From assembly GCA_963716185.1 (NCBI GenBank), contig OY970295.1, positions 1,080,356-1,144,355 on the forward strand: DNA of 64,000 nucleotides, given 5' to 3'. The translations under genes were made by a program, and so were the position numbers. Each line of letters starts with the position of its first letter. Position 1 is the stretch's first letter. The DNA comes from Thermodesulfovibrionales bacterium (GTDB taxonomy: Bacteria; Nitrospirota; Thermodesulfovibrionia; Thermodesulfovibrionales; SM23-35). Shown here in pieces: positions 9,567-19,319 of the stretch. The notes under the pieces were generated by a model that was not told where the DNA came from, searched no databases, and worked only from the letters and a program-made list of their open reading frames with translations.

Positions 9567-11161
9567 TCCGGAAGCCGTGCCGGGGATTTCGGCTTCTCGA
9601 AGACAGGAGGATTATATGATTCGGGAGCGAGCAGGTCTCCCCAGTTAGTGCGTTTTGCCATTTCCTTCCTGATGTCGGGGGGCACCAAATCTTTTCCTTC
9701 CCGGATCTCCCAGCCTCCGCCCAGTGCCCTGTAAACTCCGACCAGACTGCTTGAGATGCTGCCCAGCGTAGCGGCCAGATTATCTTGTTCGTTCAGTAGA
9801 GACTGCTGCGCAGTCAAGACAGTGGTAAAATCCCTGACCCCTTCCCGATATTGCTTGACCGCAAGATCGAGAGCGTTCCTGGCAGCCGTTGTACTCCGGG
9901 CCAAAAACCGGGCCCGTTCCTGCGCCCTCAGGAAAGCGACCAGATTGTCCTCTACCTCCTGTTGGGCCTTGAGAACAGCGTTCTGATAAGTGATGAGCAG
10001 CTCCTGCAGCCGTGCGTCCTGAAGCCGGACATTGTTTGTGATCCGGCCATAATTAAAGATGCTCCACTGGAATAAGGGACCGGCCTGGATATCGCGACTG
10101 CTCCATTTGAACATATCGATAAGCCTGGATTTCCCTATATCAGTCGAGAGAAAACTGAAACTTCCGGCAAGTGAGAAAGCAGGATACAGGTCGGCTTTGG
10201 CAACACCGATTTGTGCACTTTGGGCTGCTGCCTGGTATTCGGCGCTCCTGATATCAGGGCGGCGCCGGAGGAGATCAGCGGGGATGCCGACTGCAACCTG
10301 GGGCGGGGAAACAGGAATCTCTGAAGGACCTTTCAGATAATCCGACAGGTCGCCCGGTGCTAAACCCAGCAAGACACTGAGGGCATGACCGGCCTGACGG
10401 AGTTGCGCTTCGAGAGATGGTATTGCTGCAAGCGTATTATCGAGCACTGTTTTCGCCTGCTCCACATCCAATTGTGTGACAGTACCATATTTAAAACGGG
10501 CCTCGGCGATCTTCAAACTCTCTCTCTGGGTCTCCGCATTCTCACGGGCAATTCTGATCCGCTTTTCGAGAGTCCTGATCGTGATATAGGAATTTGCAAC
10601 ATCCGCCGTAAGGCTCACCAATGCGTTGTCATAGTCGGCAACTGTTGCATGCCAGCCCGCATCCGCTGATTCGATCGCCCGCCTGAACCTCCCCCAAAAG
10701 TCGAGCTCCCATGCGGCATTTGCGCCTATCTGAGACTCGTGGTACTCAGGGAAGGGGAAGGCCCCTCCCGCACTCGGCCTGTTATACTGTAAGGAACCGG
10801 AGGCCTGCTGGGTCTGCGGGTAGAATTCCCCAACCGCGATGCCTAGCTGCGCCCTCGCCTCCAGCACACGGACGCCGGCAATCCGGATGGAGAGGTTCTC
10901 CCTGTACGCCTTGTCGATAAGACGGTCCAGGACAGGGTCTTTGAATGTCTTCCACCAGTTGCGGTAGTCCGCTGACTCACTTTTTACCCTTTCATCCCCC
11001 GCCTCCATCCAATTCCGGGAAATCGAAACCTCGGGCCGCTGAAAGTTCGGCCCCACCTTCATGCAGCCTGGGAGGGAAAAAACAAAAATGAGCAGCGCGT
11101 ACCAAAAATGTTTTTCAGGCGAACGCGTAAATTCCGCGGCGCGAAGAATACATTTTCTCAC
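9560..11161 (-). CDS. Efflux outer-membrane factor lipoprotein (NodT family)
   Basis: 533 aa. Lipobox FSLPGCMKVGPNFQRPE and two OEP repeats. Confidence 0.85.
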   Translation of the reverse strand: MRKCILRAAEFTRSPEKHFWYALLIFVFSLPGCMKVGPNFQRPEVSISRNWMEAGDERVKSESADYRNWWKTFKDPVLDRLIDKAYRENLSIRIAGVRVLEARAQLGIAVGEFYPQTQQASGSLQYNRPSAGGAFPFPEYHESQIGANAAWELDFWGRFRRAIESADAGWHATVADYDNALVSLTADVANSYITIRTLEKRIRIARENAETQRESLKIAEARFKYGTVTQLDVEQAKTVLDNTLAAIPSLEAQLRQAGHALSVLLGLAPGDLSDYLKGPSEIPVSPPQVAVGIPADLLRRRPDIRSAEYQAAAQSAQIGVAKADLYPAFSLAGSFSFLSTDIGKSRLIDMFKWSSRDIQAGPLFQWSIFNYGRITNNVRLQDARLQELLITYQNAVLKAQQEVEDNLVAFLRAQERARFLARSTTAARNALDLAVKQYREGVRDFTTVLTAQQSLLNEQDNLAATLGSISSSLVGVYRALGGGWEIREGKDLVPPDIRKEMAKRTNWGDLLAPESYNPPVFEKPKSPARLPDW

Positions 11162-11281
11162 AACAATCTCCTGTTTTTAACTATAAGAACAATTATGACT
11201 TCAAGCCGCGCTTTGTCAAGTAACGGCACCGGGCAGAACGCATTTCCCTCACGATCCGGCGCGACCTGACGAGTGAAAAAA

Positions 11282-11310
11282 TTGACATGGCTCATATCCC
11301 GTGCTATAAG
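11282..11310 (+). promoter_or_regulatory. sigma70-type promoter candidate for yceI
   Basis: TTGACA (11282-87), 17-nt spacer, TATAAG (11305-10), about 60 nt upstream of the ATG. Confidence 0.45.
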
Positions 11311-11371
11311 GGATATATATTTGAAAAACTAATTTCTTGTCGTCTGATATCGCGGTAGCTAGGAGGCAAAA

Positions 11372-11905
11372 ATGGCAAAATGGGTCATCGATCCTGATCA
11401 TACCGTAGCGGCTTTTGTTGTCAGACATATGATGATTTCGGATGTGCACGGGCAGTTTAACAGAATATCCGGCTTAATTCAGCTCGATACATCCGATATT
11501 GCCCATTCATCCGTTGAAGCGGAAATCGATGTCTCGGGGGTCTATACCGGCATTCCAAAGCGCGATGAACACCTGCGCAGTCCGGACTTTTTTGATGTCG
11601 CAAGATATCCGAAGATTACATTCAGGAGCGACAAGGTGGAAAGCCTGGGGGGCAGCCGTCTTAAGGTCACCGGCGGTCTGACCATCCGGGGGATTACGAA
11701 ACCGGTCTCTTTGGATGCCGAATATTCCGGCCCGGTAAAAGATCCGTTTGAAGAAGGCGGAATGAGTATCGGCTTTACCGCCTCTGCGAATATCAATCGT
11801 GAAGACTATGGTATTATGTGGAACGCCGATATGGATGGCGGGGTCATAGTCGGAAGAGATGTACGGATTATCCTGAACATCGAGGCTGACCGGACCGCAG
11901 ATTGA
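11372..11905 (+). CDS. yceI: YceI family polyisoprenoid-binding protein
   Basis: 177 aa. WVIDPDHTVAAFVVRHMMISDVHGQFN...YPKITFRS...L.VTGGLTIRGITKPV, typical YceI motifs. Confidence 0.8.
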   Translation: MAKWVIDPDHTVAAFVVRHMMISDVHGQFNRISGLIQLDTSDIAHSSVEAEIDVSGVYTGIPKRDEHLRSPDFFDVARYPKITFRSDKVESLGGSRLKVTGGLTIRGITKPVSLDAEYSGPVKDPFEEGGMSIGFTASANINREDYGIMWNADMDGGVIVGRDVRIILNIEADRTAD

Positions 11906-11924
11906 AGACTGTCGGATTATCCTT

Positions 11925-12062
11925 ATGAGTGAAACTCTCTCCAAAAGGCAGATGGAAATGATGAACGCTTACTGCGCACTTATCGACCATAAGGAGTACA
12001 TTGCCAGGTATGGTCAGGACATGCCGGAGATCAGGGGATGGACATGGAAGGGGAACGGATAG
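11925..12062 (+). pseudogene. xfp: Relic of the 3' end of a phosphoketolase (xfp) gene
   Basis: 45-codon ORF MSETLSKRQMEMMNAYCALIDHKEYIARYGQDMPEIRGWTWKGNG*. It matches the conserved extreme C-terminus of phosphoketolases (..HKEYI..YG.DMPEIR.W.W), sits where xfp precedes ackA in intact operons, and overlaps the ackA start. Confidence 0.65.
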
Positions 12063-13228
12063 AAGGCGTCACCCACCCCATTCTCTGCCTCAACAGCGGG
12101 TCCTCTTCCCTCAAATTTGCACTGTACGAATTAGGGAATAAAAAAGAAGAACTTTTCGTCGAGGGGGCCGCCGAATCTATAGGTCTGCAAGGCGGAAGGC
12201 TGTGGGTCTGCGATGTGACAAAAAAAATTATAGCGGACAAGCGCCGCGATTTCAGCGGACATAAGGCGGCTGTCAGAGCGGTTTTCGATGTAATAGAGGA
12301 GCTGAGCCTTCCGTTGCCTTACGGCGTGGGTCACCGGATCGTCCACGGAGGCCCGAACTACAGCAGTCCCGTCAAAGTTGACGAAGATGTCATTAAGGCG
12401 CTCCGGAAATTGATACCTTTTGCGCCCCTCCATCTGCCTGATGAGATATTAGGCATTGAGGCCGTGTCCGGCCACTTTCCCGAGTTGCCGCAGGTCGCCT
12501 GCTTCGACACGGCCTTCCACAGGAGCATGCCGGAGATATCCCAGCGTTTCCCGCTCCCCCGCTATTTCTGGGACGAAGGTGTGCGGCATTATGGGTTTCA
12601 CGGGCTTTCTTATGAATACATCCTGAGTGTGCTAGGGACAGAAGCTTCAGGCCGGGTTATAATCGCTCACCTCGGCAACGGCGCGAGCATGGCAGCTGTA
12701 AAGAACGGCCGGCCTATGGACACGACCATGGGGTTTTCACCTACAGGAGGTTTTATGATGAGTACGCGCAGCGGGGACCTGGACCCCGGTATCCTTCTAT
12801 ACCTGATGAAGGAGAAAGGGTACGATGCCGGCAAAATAGAGCATCTTGTAAACCACGAGTCAGGGCTTCTCGGGGTTTCATCGATCAGCCCGGACATGAA
12901 GACATTGCTCGATAACAGGAAAGACCCTAAAGCATATCAGGCCGTAAAGATGTTTTGTTATCAGCTTCGTAAATATATCGGGTCTCTGGCTGCAGCGCTT
13001 GAAGGTGTCGACGTCCTCGTCTTTACAGGCGGCATCGGGGAGAAGGCGGCGCCGGTACGCCGGAACGTCTGTCAGGGTCTCAGGCACTTAGGCGTTCATC
13101 TTGACGATGGACTAAACGAAATCCATGCCGGAACTATCACGACACCACAGAGTCCCTGCACTGTCAGGGTCATACCGACCAACGAGGACCTTGTTATCGC
13201 CCGACATACTCATAAGTTACTGCTGTAA
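12038..13228 (+). CDS. ackA: acetate kinase
   Basis: 396 aa. ILCLNSGSSSLKFALY, VGHRIVHGG, FDTAFH, IIAHLGNGASM, VFTGGIGE motifs. Confidence 0.9.
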   Translation: MDMEGERIEGVTHPILCLNSGSSSLKFALYELGNKKEELFVEGAAESIGLQGGRLWVCDVTKKIIADKRRDFSGHKAAVRAVFDVIEELSLPLPYGVGHRIVHGGPNYSSPVKVDEDVIKALRKLIPFAPLHLPDEILGIEAVSGHFPELPQVACFDTAFHRSMPEISQRFPLPRYFWDEGVRHYGFHGLSYEYILSVLGTEASGRVIIAHLGNGASMAAVKNGRPMDTTMGFSPTGGFMMSTRSGDLDPGILLYLMKEKGYDAGKIEHLVNHESGLLGVSSISPDMKTLLDNRKDPKAYQAVKMFCYQLRKYIGSLAAALEGVDVLVFTGGIGEKAAPVRRNVCQGLRHLGVHLDDGLNEIHAGTITTPQSPCTVRVIPTNEDLVIARHTHKLLL

Positions 13229-13239
13229 ACATCAGCCCT

Positions 13240-13458
13240 TCACTTCGCCGGGGTATTCATACTGAGGATTGGAATCCCGGCCCGTTTTGTCCCGGGTGTT
13301 AAATCAATACTTTTTGAGGCATTAAGCTCAAAAATAGGACAGAGGAAATTTTCTTTCAAACAGTAACGCTCCATCTCGGCTATGCCGGGTACATGATTTG
13401 ATTCAGAAGCGGTGCATACTCCGAAATATCCCTTTTTGAAATAGCGACAAAAGCCCAT
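13240..13458 (-). CDS. small Cys-containing hypothetical protein
   Basis: 72 aa, MGFCRYFKKGYFGVCTASESNHVPGIAEMERYCLKENFLCP. Strong RBS AAAGGAGG 8 nt upstream of the ATG. Family not recognised. Confidence 0.5.
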   Translation of the reverse strand: MGFCRYFKKGYFGVCTASESNHVPGIAEMERYCLKENFLCPIFELNASKSIDLTPGTKRAGIPILSMNTPAK

Positions 13459-14373
13459 AAGAAGTTCCTCCTTTGAATAAAGATGCTAAAGACAGATAGA
13501 AACGCGCCTGTGATACGACTTGCGATTTTATCGTTGCGACCATGCAGTGAGTCGTTTTCATAAAAGTATGAATTCGCAAAATGGATGCCAGGATTTAACG
13601 CATTGATTTCTTAAGGGTTAAAGATTTGAGAGTGAAAATTCTCTCTGGAAAATTGCCTTGCAAGCGGGAATAATGCCCGAAGTGGATTATCAAGCCGGAT
13701 ACATCTGCATCATGGCCCCAGTACCAGCGAAGCTGTAAACCATCCGCAACGTAGCTGTAACCCCACGATAGTTAAAGACGTTTTTGAGGTTAATTTCAGC
13801 CAAATGCGCAATTTACCGATATCTGATTGCATTTGGTCGCAGAGAAGTCGGAATAAACAGCACGATGAGGCCATAAAAAGCTGTCATAATGGCCCGGAAT
13901 TTCTTCTCAGATGATTTTTCTTAATAGAGACGGATCGAACGGATAAAGTTCGGATAAGATTTTGTGACTTTTTTCTGGTAATGTTGCGGAGAAATGTTTA
14001 CGTTAGCCACGAACATAAACATAGTAGTCCTCAATTTCAAAAGCTTCTATCCCTGTTGATTACTGCTTATACTCATAGCCCGATGTTCAGCGACCGGTGT
14101 CGAAGCGTTTCAAGCACTCGACACCTCTGGAACCTGTTATAATGTGCTAATTATAAAAGATAATCGATAACATAGTTTGTAACTGTTCTCTTATTAAAAA
14201 TAACTTTTAACAAAGGGAGAAATGACAGTCGATCAACTGTTTCATACTCTCTAACATAATGTTTTTTTAAGAAATTATTAAAGAAGCAGCGGTGACGATG
14301 AATTCTTATAAATTTTTAAGAAACAGTTTTATCCGTTGCCACGGATCAAGGCTTTTTAAAATTTGAAGCTATT

Positions 14374-15401
14374 GTGAAGGAACAAGGATATCTGCAAACA
14401 GGCCAAATAACGTGTCATGATGTGTCAGGCAACGAGATTCCTTGCCAGGGAAGCGGACAGGATGCAGAGTTCAAAAAGGGCATACCATGGCCGTCACCTC
14501 GATTTGAGCCAAAGGGCGAGACTGTTTTAGATAACCTGACCGGGTTGACATGGCCGCAAAATGCTAACCTTGCAGAGTTTCCCTTGACATGGCAAGAGGC
14601 GTTAGATTATGTCTCCTCTATGAATCGTGAGAAAGCCTTTGGCTACTTTGATTGGCACCTTCCTAACCGTCGTGAACTCCGCAGTCTCATGAGCCATCAG
14701 ACAGGAAAACCTGCCCTGCCGGAGAGCCACCCTTTTAGTAATGTTTTCCTTGGATGGTATTGGACGTCCACGACTGCTGCTATAAATACTGCTTACGCCT
14801 GGTATATACATATGGAAGGTGCCCGCACATTTTATGGTGGTAAAAAACAGTTCTTTTTATTATGGCCATGCCGTGGTGAAGGATACAAAATTTTTGCCCT
14901 CCACCGGACAGACGCAGTGTTATGACGCAAGCGGACGTATTATCCCTTGCATCGGCACTGGTCAAGACGGAGAGTTCCATTTCGGACAGGAGTGGCCTAA
15001 ACCGCGTTTCAAAGTCTTTGATGAGTTCGTTATTGATCGCCTTACAGATTTGTGCTGGTTCAAAAAAGCAGACCTGACAGGTGGGCTGGTGACATGGAGC
15101 GAAGCCTTTGAAGCTGTAGCAACATTAAATCTAAATTCAAAGGAAGAGGTTTTGTGGCGGCTTCCCAATATCAATGAGCTGGAGTCTTTAGTAGACTGCA
15201 ATGTGCGTAGTCCTGCACTCCCTTGCCGGGCATCCATTCAAGGACGTTCAAGAGGGCTACTGGTCGTCGACCACAAGCATGTTCGAACCTGACTGGGCAT
15301 GGGCATTATACCTCACTAAGGGAGCCATAGGAGTTGGACAGAAATGGGGTGCTCATTTCTCTGTATGGACGATGTGCGATGCTCATAAGATTAAGGTTTA
15401 A
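14374..15401 (+). pseudogene. Two-domain DUF1566 (Lcl C-terminal-like) protein gene disrupted by two frameshifts
   Basis: Three consecutive ORFs in different frames (14374-14925, 14819-15292, 15201-15401) together encode two tandem DUF1566-like units (TGQ..C.D..G..I.C.G.GQD.EF ... L.WRLPN..EL.SL ... GYWSSTT ... W). Frame changes near 14885 and 15225. Confidence 0.7.
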
Positions 15402-15444
15402 AAATGTCCGGGGTGAAGTTAGTTAGTATGGGGGCTAAGGGAGT

Positions 15445-15893
15445 ATGAAGAAAAAGGTTGCAGAAGTCATATTGGTTTTTCTATTTATTTTTGCAATTTC
15501 ATTTTTGCTCAATTTTGTTTGGGAATCATTTCATTCAGCTTTCCTTTACGAGGGGATGGATTTTGCAGCAAAAAAATATGTTTTAATGGTCAGCTATGTC
15601 TCTGCCGTGGATGGTTCCCTCATTTTAGGGGTCTATCTGTTCATATCTCTTCTATGGAAGGACATATTTTGGCTTCGAAAAATGAACAGGAAACAGGTTA
15701 TACTGCATTTGCGGCAGGGCTGGTAATAGCAGCGATAACAGAGTATAGAAGAGTCTTTATATCAATGACATGGAGTTACAATCAGCTTATGCCTACTATA
15801 TTCGGAATTGGACTATCACCACTGCTTCAATTAAGTATTACAGGGTTAATAGCTTTTTGGTTAACACGAAGAATTTTTTGTATGGAAGAATAA
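15445..15893 (+). pseudogene. small polytopic membrane protein gene with a frameshift
   Basis: ORF 15445-15726 (MKKKVAEVILVFLFIFAISFLL...) continues sensibly only in the frame of ORF 15519-15893 (...GYTAFAAGLVIAAITEY...GLSPLLQLSITGLIAFWL). Frames join near 15700. Confidence 0.5.
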
Positions 15894-16137
15894 CCTGGTC
15901 AGGCAAATTGCCTAATTGCGGAGCGTATGTCACCAAAAAATTATTATATATTAAACTTTTATTTGCTGTTGGAGTGGATGGGGTATACGGCGTTGTTGCA
16001 AAGCATAATGAGGCCGTCCTTCAAAAAGAGGTATCCAATGTAATACATCAAGGCAATATACTTTAATAACAAGGCATATTGCCTGCTGGATCCACCTTTT
16101 TACCCCAGAATATCATTAAAATCAATAAGTTTCATTC

Positions 16138-16153
16138 TGGCATTTCTCTTGCT
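16138..16153 (+). promoter_or_regulatory. sigma54 (-24/-12) promoter candidate
   Basis: TGGCATTTCTCTTGCT matches TGGCAC-N5-TTGCW with correct GG/GC spacing, about 190 nt upstream of the cytochrome ATG. Confidence 0.6.
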
Positions 16154-16342
16154 TCCCTTTAAATAGTAATTAGACATTGGAATCTTTGAAGAAGGCAGAT
16201 ATATTTGACTGAATGTAAAGGCGCTGCCTTGCTTGTGACAACCCGGCTTTTTTATTTTACGGCGTATGGAAGATCCTTCCTTGACGGGTTAGCTGGCTCC
16301 ATCTATACTTGATACGCAACTCGTATTAAGGAAAACATTCAG

Positions 16343-17833
16343 ATGAGAATCCATACTTCCCGGAACATGATATTAATACTTTCAGCAATCTTTTTTGTTT
16401 TATTTAGTCCCGCTATCTTATCTGCCCAGCCTTCAGAGAGTGAATATGTCGGGGCTGAAGTATGCATGGGATGCCACCAAAAAGAATACGATCAATGGAA
16501 AACATCCGGCCATGCACAAATTCTTCATAAGCCAACTGAACAAAGAATTGAAGCTATCCCTTTTCCTGACGGCTTTAACAGGCAGAATACTTCGTATGTA
16601 ATCGGAGGTTACAGATGGAAGGCGCTATTCCTTAACAAGGATGGATATTTGATTACCTCAACGGCTGCAGAGCAAGGGAAAAACCAGTACAACCTGAAAA
16701 GTAAAATATGGGTTGATTATTTTCCAGGGCAAAAGATCCCTTATAATTGCGGCAGATGTCATACTACCGGCTTTTCATCCGAGGCCCATCAAAATGCACT
16801 TGAAGGTATTGAAGGAACCTGGAAGTTTGAAGACGTACAATGTGAAGTATGTCATGGTCCGGGTGCCCTCCATACTCAGTCGTCTCTTAAAACAGATATA
16901 AAGATAGACAGAAATATCTGTTCACAATGTCACGGCACAAAACCTTTGGATGTGATCCCACTTCAGGGTGTTTTCCTTGCACCATATACAGAGGCCAATC
17001 AATTGATGAAAAGCAGCATGAGAACATTCACGTGTATTGTCTGTCATAACCCCCACCTTCCCGCTGACAAGTCCATTAAACAATCATGTGAGTCATGCCA
17101 TCAGAAAACAGCGGCAGAATATAAAGGTAGCTACATGTATAAGCTTGGCGTTAAGTGCACGGATTGTCATATGCCCTCTGCCGGTATTATTGCTGAAGGA
17201 GACGCAAAAACGTTTAATGGTGATTTTAAAAGTCACTTATTCAAAATCGACCACCGAAAAGAATTCCCGGTTATAACAAAAAACGGCCAGAGGATAAATC
17301 CCGGGTATCTAAGTGTTGATTATGCCTGTATGAGATGCCACAGCCTTTATCACAACAGACAATGGGCTGAAAGTACAGCTATGTTTGCTCATAAAATAAG
17401 GATTACGACTGACATTAAAATAATGCGCCTTCAAATGATATTTGCCTATATTGGATTTATTTTTTCTGTTATAGCACTTGTATCTGCACTGTCTTTGAAG
17501 AACTGGCTCTTTCCAAAAGCAAATAAGAAAAAAATGCTGATTATTCATAGATTCGCCGCATGGATTAGCTTCGCAGTATACATATTTATTTCGACCATAT
17601 GTATCTATTTTCATACCCCTCTCGATAATCTTTCTGAAATGCTCAATCTTGGTTGGTTTCTTATACACCCTATTAACGGTATGATCGGGTTGATTATTTA
17701 TGGAGGCAAAATCATAACGGTGAGAAAATATAAATCGGGATGGAAAACCCACGGACTTTTGTGGGGAGTGGGAATATTTATTTTTTGGCTGATACAGATT
17801 AGCACCGTACTTGTTCATTTTCAGATATTTTGA
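16343..17833 (+). CDS. octahaem c-type cytochrome fused to a C-terminal 4-TM domain
   Basis: Signal peptide and eight CxxCH motifs (CMGCH, CGRCH, CEVCH, CSQCH, CIVCH, CESCH, CTDCH, CMRCH). From about aa 365, four hydrophobic helices with His in TM2/TM3 (IIHRFAAW, LIHPING). Confidence 0.8.
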   Translation: MRIHTSRNMILILSAIFFVLFSPAILSAQPSESEYVGAEVCMGCHQKEYDQWKTSGHAQILHKPTEQRIEAIPFPDGFNRQNTSYVIGGYRWKALFLNKDGYLITSTAAEQGKNQYNLKSKIWVDYFPGQKIPYNCGRCHTTGFSSEAHQNALEGIEGTWKFEDVQCEVCHGPGALHTQSSLKTDIKIDRNICSQCHGTKPLDVIPLQGVFLAPYTEANQLMKSSMRTFTCIVCHNPHLPADKSIKQSCESCHQKTAAEYKGSYMYKLGVKCTDCHMPSAGIIAEGDAKTFNGDFKSHLFKIDHRKEFPVITKNGQRINPGYLSVDYACMRCHSLYHNRQWAESTAMFAHKIRITTDIKIMRLQMIFAYIGFIFSVIALVSALSLKNWLFPKANKKKMLIIHRFAAWISFAVYIFISTICIYFHTPLDNLSEMLNLGWFLIHPINGMIGLIIYGGKIITVRKYKSGWKTHGLLWGVGIFIFWLIQISTVLVHFQIF

Positions 17834-17879
17834 TAAAAAAGGGACGGGTTGTTGAAAGAATTACACCAAAGGAGGTTAT

Positions 17880-18116
17880 ATGCATTGGGGAAACTATGGC
17901 TGGGGGATGGGATTCGGATTCGGGTGGCTTTTTATGATTGTTTTCTGGGTACTGCTTATTTTAGGAATTGTTTATCTTGTCAAAATGATTGCAGGAGGTG
18001 CAAAGAAAGAGGAGCCAACTGAGAACGCCCTTGACATTCTCAAGAACAGATATGCAAAAGGAGAGATAAGTAAAGAGGAATTCGAGAAGATCAAGGATGA
18101 TTTAATGAAAACCTGA
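17880..18116 (+). CDS. SHOCT-domain small membrane protein
   Basis: 78 aa. One TM helix, then [23 protein letters not shown] (SHOCT motif). Confidence 0.75.
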   Translation: MHWGNYGWGMGFGFGWLFMIVFWVLLILGIVYLVKMIAGGAKKEEPTENALDILKNRYAKGEISKEEFEKIKDDLMKT

Positions 18117-18206
18117 TTACTGCAATTGCGGCCTTCTCTACTAAAAAGCTTCTCATAATTATCATTAATAAATTAGAATGAAGTCGTTCTATAAAAAGAT
18201 TTCCCG

Positions 18207-19295
18207 ATGTCACAAAAATACACCAAATCAAAAATAGGCGTTGTAACATTGCTGGTGGTTGCTATCAGTTTCCTTCATTATTTCACCAGTATGCAGCATA
18301 TCTATTACCATATTTTCTACAGGGAACTTTATTTCCTTCCTTTGATCCTCGCCGGATTCTGGTTTGGCCTGAAAGGAGGGATAATCGCATCTCTCAGTGT
18401 GACCGTCCTCTATTTACCTTTTGTGATGATGCATTGGCAGAGTTTTTCTCCGGATGATTTTGATAAGATATTGGAAATTCTGCTTTTCAATATAGTGGCA
18501 GCGGGCTTGGGATTCATCTCAGATCGTGAAAAGTCTCATGAAAATGCCAGGATTGAGGCGGAGCATAAGGCAAGGGAGCAGGCAGAAAGCGCCGATCGAG
18601 TCAAAACAGATATCTTGTCAATAATGTCCCACGAACTTCGGACACCTCTCATCAGCATTATCGGCTATAACGATCTTCTACTTGATGGAGTTGCAGGCGT
18701 CATGAAAGAAGAACAGATTGACGCCTTGGAAAAAATAGACAGAAACTCAAAAAAATTACTGGAACTCATTAATGCGATGCTTGAGGTAAGCAGTCTTGAA
18801 GCTAAGGCTTTAGAGATGAAAGAAGTAACCCTCGATGTGCTATTAAAAGAATTAAGAGAGGAGACCAGAGAACTACAGGACAACTCAGGGCTCAATTTTA
18901 TATGGAAAATAGAGCCCTATCTCCATCTGCTGACAGATCCGGCAAAGTTAAAAGTGATCATCAAGAATATGATCAGTAATGCCGCGAAGTTCACAGAAAG
19001 AGGAAGTGTGACCATAGACGCGCATAAGAGTAGCCAAGGAATCGAGTTCGTAGTGATGGATACCGGTGTCGGCATTTCACAGGAGAATCTGCCCGTCATT
19101 TTCGAGCCATTTCGTCAGGTGGAAAGTCCCCTCACACGTCAGCATGGAGGAGCGGGTCTGGGTCTCTATATTGTCAAAAAACTGCTTGAACTTATGGACG
19201 GAAAGATCACGGTCGAGAGCACAGTTGGACGCGGCTCGGTCTTCCGTGTATGGATTCCGGTGGATAAAGGAATCAATTACGAAAGAAAAACCTGA
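18207..19295 (+). CDS. membrane sensor histidine kinase
   Basis: N-terminal TM helices, H-box ILSIMSHELRTPL, N and G boxes (NAAKFT, DTGVGI, GGAGLGL). No cognate response regulator adjacent. Confidence 0.85.
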   Translation: MSQKYTKSKIGVVTLLVVAISFLHYFTSMQHIYYHIFYRELYFLPLILAGFWFGLKGGIIASLSVTVLYLPFVMMHWQSFSPDDFDKILEILLFNIVAAGLGFISDREKSHENARIEAEHKAREQAESADRVKTDILSIMSHELRTPLISIIGYNDLLLDGVAGVMKEEQIDALEKIDRNSKKLLELINAMLEVSSLEAKALEMKEVTLDVLLKELREETRELQDNSGLNFIWKIEPYLHLLTDPAKLKVIIKNMISNAAKFTERGSVTIDAHKSSQGIEFVVMDTGVGISQENLPVIFEPFRQVESPLTRQHGGAGLGLYIVKKLLELMDGKITVESTVGRGSVFRVWIPVDKGINYERKT

Positions 19296-19319
19296 GGTTT
19301 ACGACAAAAAGGAGAAAAG

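Noticed and set aside
13560-14030. Transposase or ABC-permease relic in the ORF-free spacer
   Set aside because: The translated fragments (e.g. EKSSEKKFRAIMTAFYGLIVLFIPTSL..., IAHLAEINLKNVFNYRGVTATLRMVYSF...) do not match any family I can name with confidence. Reported only as an unexplained region.
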